Source: a virus
DNA length: 64,000 bases
Reading direction: 5' to 3' (one strand)
Virus record (IMG/VR): IMGVR_UViG_3300023074_000001
Coordinates: 32,001 to 96,000 of that record
How positions within the stretch are numbered: the stretch's first letter is position 1; every line of letters begins with the position of its first letter. Below are positions 61,536 to 64,000 of the stretch, in pieces. The notes under the pieces are model-generated. The model did no database searches. It was given only the letters and a program-made list of their open reading frames with translations, and was not told the origin of the DNA. Made by a program: the position numbers and the translations under genes.

Positions 61536-62198
61536 TCAGTATTGATAAAGTTCATGGCGCACCTTCCTCAGCCAATTATCAATTGGTACAGGATTAGGAA
61601 CCTCTGGCAATACACACGGTGCGTTGTTAAACATTTCTTTGTACAGAGCTAAGGTGTCTGTGGCAAGTTGTAGATTACCCGCTGCAATCTCTTCACCAAA
61701 ATCGATGAACTTCTGCGGCTCAGCTAGTCTCACAGAATAGGTTCCTGTCGTATACAACTCATAACCCTGATGCAGCAGACGAAACATATGACGTGCCTGC
61801 TTCGGCTTGCTAGACGCAGTTAGCTCTTTAAGTTGTTCAGTAGCATAACCTATATAGGAGTTGCGTACGTACTTGCGAGATAAAAAGTTATTTCTCAGTT
61901 CTACAAGTTCTGTACCTAAAACTGTGCGAACGTTATAATCTTTAATCCACAGCAAATCTAGGACGGTAGGATTGCACTTGAGAGCGAGCCTGCAATACTT
62001 GCCTACTTCATGATAAGTAGTGTCAGGATTCTTGAAAACAAAAGATTCCTGAACTGTACCCATACCATGAAACATTATAGTAGGGGCCGCGTAAATCCCA
62101 AGGAAATCTTCGTCGGAATGTTCATTATGGAGCCCGAAGGCTCGGGAGCCAACACGAGCTTTTAACAACGTGTTGGCTCCCGGGTTAACTATCATCAT
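61536..62198 (-). CDS. Pol-beta superfamily nucleotidyltransferase (YcgL/RlaP-like)
   Basis: GSRAFGL...SDEDFLG, NP, SYIGYA, HMFRL. Confidence 0.88.
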   Translation of the reverse strand: MMIVNPGANTLLKARVGSRAFGLHNEHSDEDFLGIYAAPTIMFHGMGTVQESFVFKNPDTTYHEVGKYCRLALKCNPTVLDLLWIKDYNVRTVLGTELVELRNNFLSRKYVRNSYIGYATEQLKELTASSKPKQARHMFRLLHQGYELYTTGTYSVRLAEPQKFIDFGEEIAAGNLQLATDTLALYKEMFNNAPCVLPEVPNPVPIDNWLRKVRHELYQY

Positions 62199-62351
62199 GC
62201 TATTAGTTCCTTAATATGCCCACACCGGCATTCATAAATTTTAATATCGATAGTAGGCGGCATAAACGGGTAAAAGAAAAGTAGAGTCAAGTACTTAAGG
62301 GGATTAGCCTTTGACTCTACTTTCACAAACTTATGCCAATGAATATGAAAC

Positions 62352-63440
62352 TTAGTCGGCATCGTTGGACACCTTTACAGGAGAATAATCATGCTTAGGC
62401 TTACAACGACGCAACCACTCTGGACGAATGTTCTTACCATCGTAAAGATTAAACAGAGCCCAAGCATAGTTATGATCCTTTGCCTTCATAGCAAATTCCT
62501 TCTTGCTCGGGTTGACTCCAATTTCAGTAAGAATTCGATCATAGCTGATGCAGCAATACTCTACAAACTCATCAACCTCAGTATCAATGTCGTCCTGAAC
62601 TCCGCGAACAAAGCCGTGGAACTCATCCGGTACCTTCTCGATAAGTTCATCAACAGTACCATCTACCATAGCCTGCCACACAGAACGAGCATTCAGTCCT
62701 GTAACAATACGGTGAAGTGCGATGTAATCCTCCTGCTTAATCTTGACACGAACATCATGATTGTACAGGTTGACAACAAAGCCTTCCTTACCTGCGCGTG
62801 GAGGTGCCTCTAGTGCCTCTCGAAAAGTAGTGTACGGAAAAGACTCAGCCTTAGGTCCGGGCCAACTCCAATCCAGTACACCAGCATCCCAGTTGTCGCC
62901 GGTTGAGATATCTACTGAAGCCAGAAGAATTAAATCATCCATGTCGCCGTAATCACACACAATACGGTTCTCGGGATAGATAATTTCAAACAACAGAGTA
63001 ATACCCTTAGGAGGAACATAATTTGCGTACTTGGTACGGAACAACTTAGTAGCATGGATAGCCTGCTCGGAAGCGAAACTACCGCGAGTAGCAATAGCGT
63101 ATTCACCACTCAGAGGTTCACGATACAAAATACCCAGGGAACCATCCATCTTGTCAGAAACAACAGCAGGCTCATCAAGATCGATAGTAGGACAACCTAC
63201 CTGGCCGTAGTTGAAGAACTTAGGTAGCGGACGAGCAACAATCCAATTGAAGGCATCCACAATAAGCCCACGACAATTCATGGTGACCTTATTCCAAACA
63301 CCGTCGAATGCTGCTTTTTCGGTGTAGTTAAGGATAAACAGTTCAGGATTGTCAGGGTGAGTATTAACACGGACATAGCCCTGCTCAAGCATGTTAGCAA
63401 ATGCATCCTCTCGAAAGAGGATGTTAGTGTGATCCTTCAT
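62352..63440 (-). CDS. RNA ligase, T4 Rnl1 family
   Basis: CRGLI, PKFFN, KMDGSLG, TRGSF, FEII, EGFV, KIK..Y..LH. Confidence 0.93.
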   Translation of the reverse strand: MKDHTNILFREDAFANMLEQGYVRVNTHPDNPELFILNYTEKAAFDGVWNKVTMNCRGLIVDAFNWIVARPLPKFFNYGQVGCPTIDLDEPAVVSDKMDGSLGILYREPLSGEYAIATRGSFASEQAIHATKLFRTKYANYVPPKGITLLFEIIYPENRIVCDYGDMDDLILLASVDISTGDNWDAGVLDWSWPGPKAESFPYTTFREALEAPPRAGKEGFVVNLYNHDVRVKIKQEDYIALHRIVTGLNARSVWQAMVDGTVDELIEKVPDEFHGFVRGVQDDIDTEVDEFVEYCCISYDRILTEIGVNPSKKEFAMKAKDHNYAWALFNLYDGKNIRPEWLRRCKPKHDYSPVKVSNDAD

Positions 63441-63451
63441 GGTGTTACTCC

Positions 63452-63760
63452 TCACCTAGCGATTTGTGTACCAAGCACCACCCAACGAAGGTCATCGCCT
63501 GTGAGTGTTACTAGGTCTGAATGTCTACGGTCATCTTGACCCTGTTCGATGCTTACTCCGGCAGAGCCTACCACAACAGGTGTGAATCTCCAAACGCCGT
63601 CCTCATCGCGTCGAACTCGCAGAAGCGTACCATCTGATACTGCCAGAATCAAGCTGTCTGAGGGGGTGTCAAGATAAACATTGAACTCCTCTGCGGGAAA
63701 GCTCGTCCCGTCAATCTCAATAAGATCATCGCTTGCACCATAAATTGTTAATTCATCCAT
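63452..63760 (-). CDS. hypothetical phage protein
   Basis: IYGASDDLIEIDG...EEF motif. Confidence 0.7.
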   Translation of the reverse strand: MDELTIYGASDDLIEIDGTSFPAEEFNVYLDTPSDSLILAVSDGTLLRVRRDEDGVWRFTPVVVGSAGVSIEQGQDDRRHSDLVTLTGDDLRWVVLGTQIAR

Positions 63761-64000
63761 CAGTTCCCAATCTTATTACTGTGTGAGTTCCTTCACTGAT
63801 CCACCGGTTTACTTGCGTATCACCGTAAAAGGGGCAAGCCCAGCCTTCAGTACCTATCCAGTATTCTTCAAAATCTCGATAGCCAACTTCACGACGCTTC
63901 TTAATGTAGGCCATTTTATTAGAGGCAACCACAGTACCTACAGGATATTCACTCATTGGTAAACTTCTTCGCCTCCTTGAAAAGGTGCTGAAACGGAGCT

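Noticed and set aside
1-64000. Prophage or integrated AICE boundaries
   Set aside because: No integrase, att sites, Rep or host housekeeping context; the TraB-like gene sits among phage genes with similar base composition

Overview
A 64-kb segment of a large, AT-richer-than-host actinobacteriophage genome, most likely infecting a mycelial actinomycete such as Streptomyces (Lsr2, TraB-like FtsK, TTGACA-17/18-TANNNT promoters). Its gene set resembles that of large tRNA-rich Streptomyces siphoviruses. No virion structural operon or integrase is visible. Genes run on + from 1 to ~44.3 kb and mostly on - afterwards. Contents: about 16 near-canonical tRNAs plus several aberrant tRNA-like RNAs; an RNA repair set (Ro60/TROVE with four Y RNA-like genes, PNK, Rnl1 ligase, nucleotidyltransferases); replication/recombination genes (DnaN, DnaX, Mre11-like, Rad50 C-half, Cas4-like nuclease); nucleotide metabolism (ThyA, NrdJ, Nudix); glycoside hydrolases; and a promoter-dense putative early region at 36-44 kb. 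Strongest observations: (1) a Streptomyces-plasmid-type transfer module (TraB-like translocase, clt-like phased GGAAAC repeats at its stop codon, DUF2637/SpdA-like gene packed with GACA/TGTC motifs); (2) four Y RNA-like genes sharing a covarying bulged-C helix that recurs around the ro ribosome-binding site, suggesting autoregulation; (3) a tandem covarying kissing-loop RNA motif; (4) CRP-like boxes at fixed spacing from weak early promoters. All calls were made by eye, with no database searches or folding programs.
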